Shown here piece after piece: positions 62,982 to 64,000 of a stretch of 64,000 nt of DNA (positions within the stretch are counted from its first letter, which is position 1; the number at the start of each line of letters is the position of its first letter). This DNA is from an uncultured Clostridia bacterium. GTDB lineage: Bacteria; Aerophobota; Aerophobia; Aerophobales; B3-G15. Location: contig CAYZYX010000001.1 in NCBI GenBank assembly GCA_964482715.1, positions 5,398 through 69,397 of the forward strand. The letters run 5' to 3'. A program made the position numbers and the translations under genes. The notes beneath the pieces were generated by a model that saw nothing but the letters and a program-made list of their open reading frames with translations, was not told where the DNA came from and searched no databases.

Positions 62982-63012
62982 GACCCATTCTTTCGGATGG
63001 GTCTTTTTATTT
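62982..63012 (+). terminator. Intrinsic terminator forming the riboswitch expression platform
   Basis: GACCCAT-TCTTTCGG-ATGGGTC hairpin followed by TTTTTATTT. Confidence 0.65.
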
Positions 63013-63081
63013 GGATATATAAAACTTAAAGACAGAAAAAATATCGGCCGATAAAAATAAAAGAAGAGGAGGTGAAAAAAT

Positions 63082-63651
63082 ATGGAGAGGATGATGAGAA
63101 AAGTTTGGTCCAGGAAGAAGGGATTTACCCTGATCGAACTTTTGATCGTGGTCGCCATCATAGGCATATTGGCGGGTATTGCCATTCCCAACTTCCTGGG
63201 CGCAAGGACGAAGGCAAGGGTATCAAGGGCATTTTCGGACATGGAAGCAATAGCTACAGCAGAGGAGATGTACATGATGGATGAAGATCATTATGCTGAC
63301 CAGATTACCACTCTGATTAATGATGACTATCTTAAGAACATTCCCAATTGTCCATTTGGTGATGGTGATTATTCTTTATTTACAAGTCCAGACACAAGTC
63401 CCACCATGTTTGTGATTTTGTGTGATGGACCTCATTCACCAACAGGAGGAGCGGCATCTAATGCAAGTGTTGAATGGGATCCCCGAATACGTGGTGCAAT
63501 TGGTGGATGGAATGGAGCAACCGATGAGGCATACTACGGGATCAGTTTAACTGGTACTACTCAAGCTGACGGTTCAGAAACCGACTGGTTCACCCCTACT
63601 GAGACTGAGGGTGCAGCAGACGATGGTATTTTAGGTTATGGAGGCGGATAA
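63082..63651 (+). CDS. pilA: Type IVa pilin (prepilin with N-terminal cleavage/methylation domain)
   Basis: Leader MERMMRKVWSRKKG then FTLIELLIVVAIIGILAGIAIPNF (Gly-1, Phe+1, Glu+5). GAGGAGG RBS. C-terminal third rich in Ser/Thr/Gly/Asp. Confidence 0.85.
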   Translation: MERMMRKVWSRKKGFTLIELLIVVAIIGILAGIAIPNFLGARTKARVSRAFSDMEAIATAEEMYMMDEDHYADQITTLINDDYLKNIPNCPFGDGDYSLFTSPDTSPTMFVILCDGPHSPTGGAASNASVEWDPRIRGAIGGWNGATDEAYYGISLTGTTQADGSETDWFTPTETEGAADDGILGYGGG

Positions 63652-63711
63652 ATCTTTTATGACCACATGGGCATATTTCCGTGTGTCCACATCTCTCCTG
63701 CTTCACTTAAA

Positions 63712-63749
63712 GGTAGGGAGGTTTTTCTCCCTACCTTTTTATTTTTCAA
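63712..63749 (+). terminator. Intrinsic terminator downstream of the pilin gene
   Basis: GGTAGGGAG-GTTTTT-CTCCCTACC hairpin followed by TTTTTATTTTT. Confidence 0.7.
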
Positions 63750-63880
63750 TAAGCCTCCTTTCCACAGCCTCACAAAAATTCTGCTTGACAAGATAGGTGG
63801 ATTAAGATAATTTTATAATTAAGAAAGGATATAAAGAATCTTCATTTTAGATTAAAAATGAGGAAAAGGAGGTGAAAAGA

Positions 63881-64000
63881 ATGATAAAAAAGATAGGACT
63901 CTTACTCTTAGCAGTAATTTTGGGTGTTGCCCTTTTTTCTGGACTGGCAATACCCCAGCAGAAGGAAAAGCCGGTAGAGATATACTTTTTCTGTGGAGGT
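63881..64000 (+). CDS. Hypothetical secreted protein (3' end cut by window edge)
   Basis: AAAGGAGGTG RBS, ATG at 63881, signal-peptide-like MIKKIGLLLLAVILGVALFSGLA; open to the window end. Confidence 0.35.
   Translation, partial: MIKKIGLLLLAVILGVALFSGLAIPQQKEKPVEIYFFCGG

Noticed and set aside
62943-63275. 110-aa minus-strand ORF spanning the riboswitch region and pilin start
   Set aside because: Antisense to the pilin gene and to the structured leader. No RBS, and the pilin reading frame is strongly supported by the prepilin motif.

Overview
The window is a low-GC (about 40%) bacterial chromosome segment with the gene content of an anaerobe: tungsten-type aldehyde:ferredoxin oxidoreductase, IorB, V-type ATPase proteolipid, many 4Fe-4S proteins. 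About 60 protein genes are readable; no rRNA, tRNA, CRISPR array or obvious mobile element was seen. Housekeeping blocks: tatD; pyrK and pyrD (separated by a ~4 kb insert); uvrB; purS-purQ-purL next to guaA and hisH; a queuosine block (queA-tgt-yajC plus a QueG-like gene); ppiD; transaldolase. A ~17 kb single-strand carbohydrate supercluster lies at 12.4-29.1 kb. It holds two paralogous CUT1-type sugar ABC transporters, one CUT2-type monosaccharide ABC transporter, a LacI regulator, a FucI-like isomerase, a tungsten AOR and URO-D-like genes. The most striking pattern is an expansion of uroporphyrinogen-decarboxylase-like (URO-D/MtaA-fold) paralogs: five full-length copies plus one N-terminal remnant within 64 kb. 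Each sits next to a sugar transporter or sugar kinase gene, suggesting an uncharacterised role in carbohydrate catabolism. The 3' end carries a type IV pilus module: pilB, pilC, a Wzy_C/PglL-like O-antigen-ligase protein with TPR repeats, then a type IVa pilin. The pilin is preceded by what reads as a class I c-di-GMP (GEMM) riboswitch with an intrinsic-terminator expression platform. There are signs of gene decay or rearrangement: an rlmN C-terminal remnant, the URO-D N-terminal remnant, an orphan ntpK-ntpE pair, a lone iorB and a lone hisH. All calls rest on motif recognition by eye; no database search was run.
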